From assembly GCF_009914755.1 (NCBI RefSeq), contig NC_060936.1: a stretch of 64,000 nt of DNA. One strand, given 5' to 3'. Below, in pieces: positions 14,750 through 30,165 of the stretch (its first letter is position 1; every line of letters starts with the position of its first letter). This DNA comes from the human T2T-CHM13v2.0 reference genome, Homo sapiens. The notes under the pieces were generated by a model that was given only the letters and a program-made list of their open reading frames with translations, was not told where the DNA came from and did no database searches. A program made the position numbers and the translations under genes.

Positions 14750-16200
14750 CCATTATCTTTTGTTACCTAAAGTTCATCTTTAGTAGTTTTCCTAAGAAGG
14801 TCTAATAGAAACAATGCTAGCCGAATTTTTGCATATTTTAAACTCTTTGTAGTTTTTATACTTGAAAGACAGTTTGGCTAGACATAGAGACTTTGTGTCC
14901 ACTTTTTCTACTTGAGTATCTTGTATACATTGCTCTAATGTCTTCTTGGAACAGATGTTCTTGTGTAGAGATTTAAGGACAGCCTGGCACTTCCCTTTAT
15001 AAGTGGTTTGATTATCTGCAACCTCTACAAAGGATTTGATTGATTATCTGTAACCTCTCCAAAGGATTATTTCCTTTTCATTGTAGTCAGTAATTATGTC
15101 AGGTAAAATGTCCCTGGCATATACTATATCCTTTCAATAAATAGGTGTACTTTTTTTTTTTGAGAAAAGTTTTCTTCAATCATATCTTTAAGTATTTGTT
15201 TGTTCCATTATTTTGGATCTTTTCCTTGGGGGCACTAGTTGTAAGTTTTTTTTAAAAAACCTCCTTTGCCTGTTTCCTGTATATATTATTTTGTGTCTAA
15301 TCCTTTCTATTTTTCATTTCATTTTGCTTTTTTTCTCTTTTCTCTATATTTCTTATTATCTTCCCTTATGTTTCTTTTCTTTCTCACTTCCCTTCTAATT
15401 TTGTCTTTATTTCTGTGATGGTTTTGTTTTTTCTACTACTTCTTTTCTGAATTCTTCCGTTGCATTTTATCACCTCCTATCTCTCTAAATCTTCCTCAAA
15501 TTCCTATGTTTATGTTTTATAATTGTATTTTTATTGGGGTTATGGTCTCACTCTTTTCTCTAATTCAAGGAAAGTTATTTCTAAAAATTTCATCTGCCAA
15601 AGCTACCATTTCACTTGTAAAGCATTCTTCATCTGTTAGATTTTGCTCCTTTTTCTAAAATTTTGTTATTGTTTCTTTGTATTGGTGATGTGCTACTTCC
15701 TTTCCCTTTCCTATTTATTATCATTGAGTCAACTGGGTCTTCCTGGACCAACTATTTGCAAGAGTTCTGGTATGTATGGGAGCAAGGTTAGGAAGAAGCT
15801 GTTTTTGACTAAGTGCAGACTCACTTCTCTGCTGCCACATGAACAGACTGCTTCCTGTGAATATGGCTTATCTGTGTGATTCTTTGTGTAGTCTCACTTG
15901 CACTGTCTTTTTGAATCAAACTGGGTACAGGGGACTTTTGTTGCTAGCATGGTTTGCCCCAGTTCCCACATCCACTTTTGTAAACAAGGATAATGTTTCT
16001 GTAACTCAGGATATGTCTCTTACCTTCAGGAGTTATACTTTTGCTTGCAGTGTCTAGCTGAACCTTCTTGCAGCTGAGATTGGTCTCTGTGTTTTTCCTA
16101 TTTTTTCCTATACAATTTCTGCTCAACCTCAGCTGATTTTGTTAACTCTTATACATGTTTTAGAACCTGGGCAGTATATTTGTGTTGTACTCTGCAAAAG
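14750..16200 (-). mobile_element. Degraded antisense L1M
   Basis: T-rich strand with L1M ORF1-region motifs (cttgaaagacagtttggct). Confidence 0.5.
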
Positions 16201-16503
16201 AAAAAAAAAATGGACTTGCAGATTTTGGAAGGTGGGGTTTGTGTTTTTATCCTTTTGTATCCAGAATGATTTTCAAAGATAGAAAAGTGAAAATACAAAT
16301 ATACCCACTCATGTTCATGCCAGAAGTCTTCTCTAACTCTTTAGAATAGTAATGTTCACATTTTAGGAATAATTAGAAATCTATAAGCATGTGGCCTGAT
16401 TTCTCTCCTAATCAACTCTGTTAATAAAAATGCATATATAGCCTACCAAAACTAGGTATGACTCATATCTCTTGGCTAGATGTTACTCAAAGCCTAATAA
16501 TTG

Positions 16504-16811
16504 GGCTGGGAGTGGTGGCTCGGGTCTGTAATCCTAGCACTTTGGGAGGCTGAGGTGGGCAGATGACCTGAGGTCAGGAGTTTGAGACCAGCCTAGTCCA
16601 ACATGGTGAAACCCGGTCTCTACTAAAAATACAAAATATTAGCTGGGCGTGGTGGCAGGTGTCTGTAATCCCAGCTACTCAGGAGGCTGAGGCATGAGAA
16701 TTGCTTGAACCTAGGAGGCAGAGGTTGCAGTGAGTTGAGATTGCACTACTGCACTCCAGCCTGGGTGACAGAGCGAGACTCCATCTCAAAAAAAAAAAAA
16801 AAAAAAAAAAA
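16504..16811 (+). mobile_element. AluS
   Basis: Full Alu with A26 tail; TSD aaagcctaataattg / aaagcctcataattg. Confidence 0.95.
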
Positions 16812-19438
16812 AGCCTCATAATTGCAATACGCTGGAAATTTCAGGACCCCAAGAGACAGACCAATTAGGAGTATGTGCTGTTCATTTACTTCTTATAAAA
16901 TATCAGGCTAAGCAATATTCAGGTATTTCTAACACTGTTTCCAACTCTTTGCCTCAAGGTCAGGTTCTACAATTACCTGAATCATCTGGGCCCTAAGTTG
17001 GCATTGCTAGCATTGAATTGGGGACAGATGCCCATTTCTTGTGGCCAAAAGTGCCTGCTTGTCTGGCAAGAATAATTTCACACAGGGATGATGTCAGAGT
17101 ATTTTTGGTCCTGAAAGATACTTACTTACCTGATTCAGAAACTTGTTAATTAATTTTGATTATGTCAATGATAATCCAGTTATACATGTGACTAAACAAT
17201 TCTTGAACCGTCTAGACTGTATTCAGGTAGCATATAGCTGAATTTCTACTCCAAATTTTTGTTTCTGATAGTATGATTGCTATCAGTCTGGATTTCAGTA
17301 GTTTCATGGAAGAATAAAATTTAGGATAATTTTGTGATTCATATACCACTACTCAAATTCTAATTAAATTTTGTCTTTTTTGATAGCATGTTTCCCTTTC
17401 AGGTCTGTGAAATTAAATTCCTCTTGCAATCAAGCTGCACAGATAGGGGAGACACTTGGTAATTCAAACACATCTTGGGGTTTGCACACCAAAAGCAGCT
17501 GCAGAAACTTAAAGTATGATTCATGTTCATCAGAATATGTCTTCTAAAATTCGGACTTTATTTCTACCAAAATAGTACAGCAACTCCTCAAAATCTGTAA
17601 TTCCATTAAGCTCAAGGCGGTTGACCTGAGCTCAACTCATATGCCTGGTTTATGCCTGAGATTTTTACTTTCTGAAACAAAAGCCCTTCCTTTCCCCTGT
17701 GATTTCAAGTTCAGTATATTCAGATGTTTCATCAGAACAAGAAAGCACAATCTCTTGGGCCCCTGAATGTTGAATAAGTTGGGCCAGTGAGAGCTCTTTA
17801 ATTCCCCAAAGTTCTTGACCTCAAAACATCTCTTTAACAAGTACCCATAACCTACACTTCTGACTGCATTCAAATAAACCCAGACTGCATACGCTGTTTT
17901 GTCTTTGCCCAAACTGATGACGGTTAGGAGTACAGGCATGAAGAATGTTGACAACCATGATAATTTCTATTCTTAGACCAGGAAAAGCTTTCTTGCAAAG
18001 CTCAAATGAAAAACACACCCGATGAATGATGCAAGGAGCATCAGACCACTTTAACGCTTAAATTAGTATTAAAGCATTTCTCTCCTCTTTCACTGTAGAT
18101 ACCCCACATACAATAAACATCCATGTTTAGACCAAACTTCTCAAATTCCTTTTTGAGATAGTCTTTGCAAAGCTTCTGTGTTCTACCTAACCAGGATCAG
18201 TTAGATCACATACTGGATACTGCTGCTTTGGAGCATTCCATTCCATATATTTTGCACATGGGATGTACATCTTAAATTTAAAATAAAAAATATTTTTACA
18301 TTGTTTCTTAAGTAAGTGTGTGTCATAATGGTTTTCAAACTTTTTTTTTTCCAAGCTGGAAGTTCAATATGCAAATGAAACAAAAGAGAAGCTAGCTGTA
18401 GTTAAAAGGAGTTGAGAGAAAAGACAAATATATAGACAGAAAACAGATCAGTGGTTGCCTAGAACTGGGTTAAGAGTAAAATTATTGCAAATGGACATGA
18501 AGGATCTTTTGGGGATAATGGAAATGTTCTTAAACTGGAATGTAGTGTGGTTGCACAACTCTAAACATTTGCTAACAATTATTGATTCATATACTTATAA
18601 TGAGTGAATTTTATGGTATGTAAATTATACCTTAATAAAGTTAATAAAGAAACTAAATATAAAATAATGCAGGATGGCAAGAAGTTGTTGGAGATATAGA
18701 TGAAGCAGATTGGTACTTCATTGATAATTGTTAAAATTGGAAATGAGTGTGTACAATCTTATTTCACTCTTTTTCTTCATTTGTGCTCATTTAAATTTAA
18801 AAAAAAGAGCTGAATTTAAAAAATAAAAAATAATAAAGGGGGCTGAGAATAAAGGAGCATTTCCCTTGTCCATTAGAGACAAAATTTTTAGGCCTATCTG
18901 AAGCACCTTTAGATACTTAATCAATGTTTGTGACTAGTCTATGGTACATGAAAAGAAAATGTATTATTCTCGCTCACATATTTATATAAACTTATAAATA
19001 TATAAATGTACATATACAATCTACCTTGCTAATTATGTTATTTAGGCCTTCTATATCCTACTTAATTTTTGACAACTTGATCTGTTCTGGATGAGATAAA
19101 TTAACTAGTCATGTTTTCTGTGGATTTCTCTTTGAATTTGATGTAGTTTTCCTTTATAAATTTCAATTTTATGTTATTTGGTACATTGATATTCATAAGC
19201 GTGAAATCTTAATTTTGCATCTCATGTTTTATAAAGTGCCTATCTTTGTCTTATTTAATACTTTTTTCTTGAATTTAACTTGGAGATAAAATCTTGATCT
19301 TGGTTTTAATTTGCTTGGTATGCCTTCACCTATCTTTTTATTTTCCACCTTTCTAAATCATTTTGTTTTCACTGTATCTTATGTATATAGCACAAGGTTG
19401 AGATTTGCCCTGATATCCCAGTTGAGAAAATTAATTGA

Positions 19439-19979
<541 letters not shown>

Positions 19980-21169
19980 TTATATATTATTGAAAGCATT
20001 GAACAGTGTATTTCCTGTTCCTCACCTCTTTACCCTCTAATTATATTATTTTTGTTATGTTTACCTTATTTCTTTTCTCTTTCAGCTTTTGTTGGTTGTT
20101 TCATTGTGATATTGTCAAGACTTACAACGGTTACTCTCTGTTCTATGACCATAATTCTCAACGTTATTTTAGACTTACTTCTATAGATAATGGATTTAAT
20201 GATTGCTACCAGTCTCCTCTCACTGCCCATATTTCTAAATTCGTCTCTTTGGTGGTTGAAATTCATTCTCTATGAATATCCTATAAAAAAGGGCAATATT
20301 AAAACCATATTGCTTGCATGTTCAAAAGTGTTCATTATATTTTTATTTGAATAAGTTTCTCTGGTATGAAATCCTTGGGTATGAAACCTTTAGAATTACA
20401 TTTTAATTTTTTCCCCCTTATAGATGTCTTGATCATTTTGCTCTGGATGCATGAAAGATCCTTTCATTATCTTTGAAATCCAGTAGCTATGCTAGACTAG
20501 GTCTTGCTTTGATTATTCTTGACATTTTTTAATTTGGGATATGATATGCTCTTTCAATCTATAGATTTAGGTCTTTTATTTCTGGAAAGTGTCTCAAAAT
20601 ATTTATCTGCTTTTTTTTTTTCCTGTTCCAACTTCTAGATTCTTTTGTTAGATTATATACATATTGGATTTCTTTTGTTTCTTTCCATTTACATAATTTT
20701 CTCTCTAATCCCTTTTTTTCATTTTCACTTCATTTAACTTGCTTTTCTCAATCTGGTATTTTGTGATTCTTAAAACATTTTTTATTTTGCCTTTTTTTCC
20801 CCCCTTAACAAGTGTTTATTCCAAGTTTGTGTTAATTTTGTCTTCATTTTTTAAATAGTTATTTTTTTCCTCTCCCTTTTTCAATTCGTATTTAAGTTCC
20901 TTTTGTGGTTCTGCTGCTTTTAAAAAAATTTTCAAGTGAAAGGACTTAAGAAAGTTGAGTTAGTCATACTTATTAGTTCATGCCACATTATCATAATTGA
21001 TTCATGGAAGGCTAGTTTTATTTATTTGTGGTTTCCTTTTTATTCTTATTCCTATCCTCCCCTGGATAAGCAATCATACAAATGCATCAAATATGTATCT
21101 TTTTGTTTGCATATATTTTTGTAAAATGTGTATAGTTTTTATATACGCACTTTTAAAATTAAAAAAAAT

Positions 21170-21287
21170 ATTTTAGAGAGAATCTTACTATGTTGCCCAA
21201 GCTAGCCTCGAACTCCTGGGCTCAAGAGATCCCCAACCTCAGCCTCCCAAGTAGCTGGAACTACAGGCCTGCACCACCGTGCCTGGA
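21170..21287 (-). mobile_element. Alu monomer (FLAM-like)
   Basis: Single ~120-bp antisense Alu arm. Confidence 0.75.
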
Positions 21288-23884
21288 TGACTGATTACTT
21301 TTTGATTGATTGCTCATGTTTGGAGGAGAGGTTTTCCAAGAAATGCTGCTTGCAGAAGGTTTGTGCTGAGAGGCCTGGACCATGTTTCAGCCTAATAGGA
21401 ATTCTGCTTATAATACAGAGGTTGTGTAGATGAGTTCCTTTAGCTTCTACTTTTAACTAAGAGAAATTGGCAATCACAGGGCTGCTCACATCACAGTCTA
21501 TATATATTTTTTCCATTTTGCCTCACAAACACAATGCTTCCTGCATATGTGGTATGTCTGAATGATTCTTCTTCCAATGGCGCCCTACCACCTTCTCTTT
21601 TATGATAAACCAGGTTGAGGGAAGACACTGCTGCCTGTCCACATACTTGATTCCTTTATTTCAAATGAAAGATTGTTGGTTTTGTCTCTAAGATAAGTCA
21701 CTTACTTTTGTGAAGTGTGCTTTGTTGATGTTGTCTTCTGCAGTCGGTAGGCATTTACATCTTTTATCAAAGTATTTCTGCCATTCACTGTATTTCACAT
21801 ATATTGTAGTTCAGGGTTTCAGGTATCTACTGTTTTCAATGAAAATGAATTTTGTATTATTGTCATTATCCTTGTTACTGAGTGATTTCTGGGAGGTGGA
21901 AGAATAGAGGATGCTATCTTTACTCTCTGGATACATTTTTAAAATCACTGTTTTATGTATATATTATGTTAACCCAACTAGATTGTAGTTTGGAGAATTT
22001 TCTGCTTTACTTCGTACCATGCATTCTTTACTGTTGATTCCTAAAGTGTCATAAAAATTGCTTCTAAAGTTTGTTGAAAAATTTCAGATAGGGCCCAATT
22101 CTTAAAGTTTCTGATTCATAAAGCCTGAGTTAACTAAGTATCTCAGGTGATTCTGATGCTAGTGGTTCACCAGCTGGATATTGTACCTAGTAGCCACTCA
22201 ATAATTAACTGAATGACTTACAAGGGCATGGGTATTTATGTGAGAACGCTTAGTATAGGAAATAGAATAGATATTGTTTTTATAAATAAGACTGGCTGAG
22301 GGTACACAGTAAATACATACAATTTTATCTGTCACTTTAAAAAATAAAAAACCACTGGCTGAGATAAAATATGCAGCAATAGTGGGGGTACTGAGGCAAG
22401 AATATTTTCCTTGGAGAATACAGAAACTTTTTCTATCTCGGAAATATTCTGTCATCTGTTTAATTGAATATTACCTAGCCCACTAATGACACACAATAAA
22501 TAACTGATGAATGACAGCATCAAAATTGGGCAAACACTGAGAGACAAGACTCCCCCAAAGTAACCCAAGAAATACAAATTATCTATGTGTTTATGTGAAT
22601 AATCAGGCAAATACTACCTTAAGGTTAATTTAAACAAAAGATGAATTGTTCGTTAATTTGTGGATGTGTTAGATACATCAAAGTGTAACTTCTTCCCTGT
22701 TTCTACTCGTACTTTTTTCATTTTAATTTTTATTATTTTTTAATTTTTTTTTTTTTTGTGGCAGACTGCTAGTTCTTTCTTCCTGAGCAGATGACTGCTG
22801 ACATACAGACCAAATTTTCTGTCTTCCCTTATAGCCATGTTTGGCTATGTGATAAAGTTCTCATGAAGTAATGAGTCCTGCTTTATTTTTCTTCATAGCA
22901 CATATTATTACTTGACATTATGTTATATATTTATGTCTGTATTGACTGTCTCTTCCATTAGAATGCAAAAGCTATTAAAGCAGGGACATTATTTTATTCT
23001 CTATCACTTTCCAAGTAGCTGAAAAGTATCTGGCATGTAAAGGACACTCAATAAGTAAAGGAATTCATGCATAATTATTGCAAAAATATAGAGATTAGGT
23101 ATTACAGGATATGTGGACCCCAGTATTTCTATAATGAGGATGTAGTAAGCCTAATGAAGAATAGTTTATCTTGATTTGGGTTACCAGTTGAACTTGAATG
23201 ACCACCCTCTGTGTGCATACTTAGCATTCATATTTGCAAAGGGAGGGGGACTGACTGGGTTGATTTCCCTCGAAGGAATAGAGGATCCCTACTGGGGAGA
23301 GCTTCATGCCACTTCTAAAGTTTGGCCTCTCTCATCTTCAATCTAGCCACACAGGGTTGCTTTTGGCTCAGGTATCTAACCAGGTCCAGTTATTAGTGGT
23401 TAACACAGCATGGTTGGTTTCACTTAATGTACAATGGCATGAGTCACAGCAACACTATGCAGAAGACCATCTATCCTCACAAGAATATGGTGAACATTGC
23501 TGCCACTCCCATGCTTTCAAAATAAATACTGTCTTTTCAAAATAGTTGCTTCATGGGAAGTTGTCTGTATTTGTGTTATATGTATCTCAAATGTACTCAA
23601 CAACATTTTTTAGATGTCCTGTTTTGAAGTTCAGGATGATACAATGGAAATATATAGACTAGTATTGCAAAGACCTGGGTTCAAGACTCAGCTTTGGGAC
23701 ATTTTAGCTCTGTGACCTTGGATAAATCACTTCCTCTTTGGGGGTCTCAGCTTTCTCATTTGTGAAAATAGATGTTGAGGGGAGATGACTTAAAGGTCTC
23801 TTCTAACTCCAATAATCTATGACTCTAATTATTTTCAGAGTTTTCATGGCATTACTGTGAACATTCCCAATCATACAGAAAACC

Positions 23885-24268
<384 letters not shown>

Positions 24269-24419
24269 CAAACATCCTCCTTTGAATGTAGATTTGATTT
24301 TTTGGAACAGATAAAATTGATCAGAGCCAAGTCTGGGTAATACTATGTATGGCAAAGGTAGATGATACTATCTTTAAAACTTGGAATTCTCATTGATTCC
24401 TTTCTCACCTTTATTTCTA

Positions 24420-24940
24420 TATATTCAGTTGCTAGTGGCAGAAAACCCTACATAATCTGGCATAAGCGAAGATAAAATTACTGGTTCATGTAACTAAAAA
24501 TTCCAGGGTCTCTGGCTTCAGTCACAGGTTGATCCAGGAAGTAAAATGATGTCATTAGGACTCACACTTGGTTTTCTTCTCTCTCAGATCTGCCGTCTCC
24601 ATGTTAGTTCCATTTTTAGGCATATTCTCCAATGGGGGCAAGATTGTTGCCAGCAGCTTACATTTGATTTTCTCAGCAATCCACATAGATTCATTTTTCC
24701 CAACATTAACCCAAAACTCCCAGAACTGACTTTTATTGGCTCTACTTGAGTCATTTGCTTATCAATGAATCCATCACAGAGACTAGGATTCTCTGATTGG
24801 TCAAGCCTGGGTCACATATTCACCCCTGGAGTTGGGGGAATTCAGTTCCACTGGAATCATACAGACTAAATATGGTGGAAAGATGCTTCTCCAAGTAACA
24901 TCAATGTGCTGATCTCAGAAAGGTATAATGGACGCTGAGT
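24420..24940. mobile_element. Old MaLR LTR (MLT1-like)
   Basis: Motifs ctctgattggtcaagcctgggtcacat and ggcttcagtcacaggttgatccagg. Confidence 0.5.
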
Positions 24941-25436
24941 AAGCTCTGTGTGTGAGTGTGTGTGTGTGTGTGTGCATGAGAGAGGTGTGAGACATCTAAT
25001 CACTTGTTGCATTAGACATCCTTTGAAATGTTTCCTCTTCTCTGTTTTGATGAAGTATAGGCACTATCTCATTGTAGCTTCCTATCTAATTTCCTTGCCT
25101 GTAGTCATTCTCTCCTCAAATATATTCTAGGCATTGCCAACACAAGTCTTCCTAAAGCATTGTTTTGATCATTTTACTCTCCAGCTCAAAAATCTTTCAG
25201 AAACCTTCTTCTATCAAATTCTATATTCTTCAGCCTGGCATTTATGATCTTTCCACAATCTGGCTCCTGCATATCTTTCCAGGCTTATCTATCCACCTGC
25301 ACTTGTTCCATGAGCCAACTAAGCTGCATTGCTTACCATCTCTGAACACACTGCATGTTTTCCTAACACCGCCTTTGTTCTATTTGTATGTTCTACCCCA
25401 TCACCATTTCTCTCATCCTAAGTCTTATGCCAGGTG

Positions 25437-25850
25437 ATGAAGTAGAGACTGCTAGTTCTCTTTAATATACGTTCTCCCCTTCTTCATTAGTGTTAGAACC
25501 ACTGATTTTTAGCTGGGCACATGGCTACCCAATAGAGACTACACTTGACCAAGGGAGCATAGTGTAGTGATGTATACAACTTCTGTAAGTGGCTTAGAAT
25601 AGACACGTGTGTTCCTTTCTGCCCCTACCTCCTTTATGCTTGCTGGAAAAAGGATATAAGGAACTTGAACAGCCATGATGGATCATAAGGTAGAAGCTGC
25701 ATTTCAGGATGGTAAAGCCACATGATGGAAGGAGCCCATGGATCTGCTGATTAGAGAGTCACCTACACTGATGTGAGAGTAATACATTTTATTTTCTTTA
25801 AGCTACTGTTACTTTGAGCTTTTTAACTGCTACAGAAATCAATCCCTGTA
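25437..25850. mobile_element. MLT1J-like LTR
   Basis: gattttagctgggcacatggctacccaatagagactacac and ttaagctactgttacttt motifs. Confidence 0.5.
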
Positions 25851-27203
25851 TGAAAATATATAGTTTAGGATAATTTTCTGGTGGCAGTAATAGGAATCAT
25901 TCAAAGCTATGTAAAGCAAAAAAGGGAGAATTATTTTAAGGACAGAAGGATTTCTCACAGAACCTATGGGAAGGGATGAAGGAAGCCTCAGTAATAGAGC
26001 GATAGCTGGAATTAAAAAGTAAGGGGAGGCCAGGAAGACCTCTCACTGTGTCTCATCTCTCCTTCTCTTCCTTCTTACTGAAAATTATTTACACAGTTGT
26101 CACAGAGAAGCTACAAATAAATATTTGTTTGATGGATGGCAATTTGTGTGTGTGATAAACTGGATCTAAAGTCAATTCTCAAAACGTTTTGTTATATATA
26201 TGTAGCTTGTTAAAGTGATTCTTTTGAAGGGGGGAATCATACTTTTTAGAGTCTAAGCTCTCTCTTAAACCCTTTCTCTCAGCTTTCCAATTTTTCCCAG
26301 TCACTTATTCCAACATCAGAAAGGGGGCCTGAAATACAGGATTGTCCATAATTAATATCATGACAGACACTTTTGAGATTGCTCTGCTTTTTTACAGGAG
26401 TTGCAAAAGTCAGTTTTTATGAGAACACAAGCACTGGCACTCACTAACTATTTTGGCAGACAAGGAAATGATAGATTAATTACTTTTGGTACATTTTTCC
26501 CATAACTGTCTTTTTTTTCCATTTCATTTTTGCATTGTTACTATTTACCAGTCTGAGTTCTCACTTACACCTAGTTTTTGCCCTTCAGTGTTTCTTATAT
26601 TCTTGCCAACTCTTTGATATGCTTGATAAGATGTTTTATATATATTTATATATATTGCTTTGGGTTTGAGAATCAGCCAGAGCCTCTAGTCTGCCATACT
26701 ACTGGACACAAAAGTTCAATATGTTTTCACTTCATTCGTTTATAAGATATTAACCTGCATTCCAAACACCAGGGCCCTAACTCTGGTGGCCTAAGCTCCC
26801 CATCCACAAAAATGAAGAATAACTACCTTTCCACCTGCATCAAATTGTTTTTTGTACAAGACTCATGTAATCATTAACATGAAGTCAGTTTGCAACTGGA
26901 AAATACCATGAAAATACATTTTCTTAACTCTGAAAACAAAACAGAGGCAAACAAGTAATAAAAGTTATAACTAAGGGTAACAACCTTAGAATGGTTTGTT
27001 CAATTTACAATGTCTATATATTTGCACTCATCTGCTTTTTTTCTGGCCCAAGGTATAAATGAGAAAGTCTTAAGATAAAAAAAAAGCAATATTATTTTAT
27101 ACGTTATATTTGACACTAATTGTATAATTTACATTTTTAAAAAATAAAGAGAAAAAAATAAAGAGAAAAAGGCAACCTTGAGCACACTATAAAATCTTTC
27201 ACT

Positions 27204-27821
<618 letters not shown>

Positions 27822-28999
27822 AAATCTTTCACATTTTTAAATTTTGTGAAATAGCTGTCCTTTTTATATATGGGTAAGCTATCAAACTTAAGATGCTCAC
27901 AGCCCTTTACATACTTTGTAGGCTGAGATTCTGAGTGTCTAATATTCTGTAATGTATCTTGGTCTCTGTGCTGCAAGAACACTGAAGTATTATTATAGGT
28001 AACAATCTATATCACTCTTCTCAAACAGCGCTAACAGGTTAAGTATTCAAGAGGAACATCTTTCAGTATATTTCAAAAAGCCTCATGGATGGTAGGTGAT
28101 TTGTAAATGGACCAACGCAGGACTCAGGCATATATGGTTACTGCTTACTATTTCCTATAGATCATGATGTCTTAGGTCTTATGTAGAATATATCATAGGA
28201 CTTGTCCTCTAAACATTCACATACCAAGACTGCACTCTGCATGCATGCCATTCACTCATTCTGCATTTACTGAGTCAGTCCTACTGCATGTCAGACCTTG
28301 TGCCTGTTCTCAAGAAGCTCGCAGTCCAGGAAAATGGAGAAATACAGATACAATTATAACTCTATGTGATAAGTGTTACAAAGAGATACGGTGTTATGGA
28401 AGCCCTGGTAGGGGCACTTAGCCCATACTGGAGTGGCTGGGATAGGGCTGAGTGGCCAACAATAGGGAAGGGTTCACAGTGGAATTGATGTCTAGGCTAA
28501 ATAATGAATAACAAATAATTAGCAAGGCAAGGAAAAGGTAGGAGATCAAGACATAAAAATAAACAGCATATGGAAATACAGGGTTGTATGTGAGTACGGC
28601 AAGACTGGGGAGCCTAAGTGGTTTGCTGTATATTTAATTTATTCATTTCACGTAGCTACTATTGACATACTTGTCTCCCTATATATGTTTGAGTCCGTGG
28701 ATGGTGGGGACTTTGTAATGGTTTCTCTGTCCCTATGTCTAACAGGAGGCACACAGATGGAGTGCAATAAAATGTCTGATGAATAAATGACCAGCTATGA
28801 GGTGTAAGGGAGAATAGGAATCCATTAATGAGAAAGGTCATTTCTAGTGGCAATGAATATCAGATAAGATAGATTTAAGAATTATTTAGAAATTAGGATG
28901 AATAAGACTTGGTGATATATTGGCGATGGGGTATAAAATAAGAAACACTGGCTTTCTAGGTTTCTGGATTACAGATGCATGATAATAGTTATAATGGTA

Positions 29000-29250
29000 T
29001 AATAACAATAGCTAATATTTATTAGGCACTCTGTGTCATGAAGTACGCAAAGTGTTTACATGAATTAAGCCATTTAAACTCTTAATGACTCAGTGAGGCA
29101 GGTTCTGTATACTCATTCACTGATGAGAAAATTGGGGCTAGAGAGATTCATTTGCCTAAGGTCACTCAGCTAGCAGGTGGCAGGCTCAAGCCCAGTAATT
29201 CTGACTCCAACAACCATACATATAGTCTACTTTTCTTTACTGCCTCTAAT
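29000..29250. mobile_element. MIR
   Basis: tgatgagaaaattggggctagagag...ttgcctaaggtcactcagctag core. Confidence 0.7.
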
Positions 29251-29701
29251 AGATGAGATTAATACCCAGAATGATGGTCCTATTCAATAAGTGTATCACA
29301 CAAATGCACGTTTCTCTTTTGCTAAACATAGAGACACATACTATGACTACCTCTATTATTATTATTTTTTTTTGATTTTTGGGATCTTGGCTCTTTCTGT
29401 ATTTTTCCTACCTGGAAGACCTAAAGTGGGGTAGAAGTTTGATAAAACAGTTGGCACAAAAGATGAGAGAAGACAGGTACAGACATGACATTCTCGAACG
29501 CTCTGGCAGTTGCTGGAATGATGGGATCTGGGTTCTACAGGATTCCTCCCCTCCCATCTCCCGCCACACACACACACGTCGTAAGGTGTATATGGCCGCG
29601 GAGTCTCAGGTTGGTTCTAGGAGTCCTCAACCCACGGCAAAGGTGCCTCTTCTCCCTCCTGGAGAGCCCAACATGCTTGAAGTTAACCTGAGGCCGCCTC
29701 T

Positions 29702-29764
29702 CGGGCCCGGCGAAACAGAGCGCGGGCCCGACGAAACAGAGCGCGGGCCCGACGAAACAGAGCG
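29702..29764. repeat. 21-bp tandem repeat x3 (CGGGCCCGACGAAACAGAGCG)
   Basis: Units at 29702-29722, 29723-29743 and 29744-29764; one mismatch in unit 1. Confidence 0.95.
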
Positions 29765-29984
29765 CAGCTCCGGCTCGCGCTGGTTCCCAGGGAAACCGCC
29801 CGCGGAGGAACCTCGGGCCAGGGCCGTGACACCTGCGACGAGCCCCGCCTGGCGCCAGGGGGCGCGGAAGCGCGTCCGCCCCCAGGCCCCATGCCGGGCT
29901 CGCCCCGCCCCTGCCGGCCACACCCCCCTACCCCGCCCTCCCTCCGTGAGGACCGGCCGCTCCCGGCTCCCGGCCCCCGGCCCC

Positions 29985-30002
29985 GCTTCCGGCGCAGGCG
30001 CA
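29985..30002 (+). promoter_or_regulatory. Adjacent ETS/GABP-like (GCTTCCGG) and NRF1-like (GCGCAGGCGCA) motifs near the probable TSS
   Basis: gcttccggcgcaggcgca read directly at 29985-30002; this pairing is typical of CpG-island housekeeping and bidirectional promoters. Confidence 0.6.
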
Positions 30003-30165
30003 GTCCCGCGTTCCCTCGGCGGCTGCCGGCGTAGTGAGCCCGCCGCCGTGGAGTGTAGCGGAAAGGGCTCGCCGTCCTCCTCCGTTTCTCGCTGCTTCGG
30101 GACGCGCTCTCTGCGGCTCTGTGAGCGCCCCTGAGCGCCGGCAGCGGCCGCGGTGGGTTCTTCAG
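29990..30165 (+). other. RAB3IP: RAB3IP non-coding first exon (1a); start approximate
   Basis: Strong donor CAG|GTGAGT at 30165/30166 inside the CpG island; no ATG in the exon. Confidence 0.75.

Noticed and set aside
17637-18018. 105-aa and 65-aa minus-strand ORFs in non-repeat DNA, considered as a processed pseudogene
   Set aside because: No recognisable protein, non-ATG starts, and no poly(A)/TSD structure.
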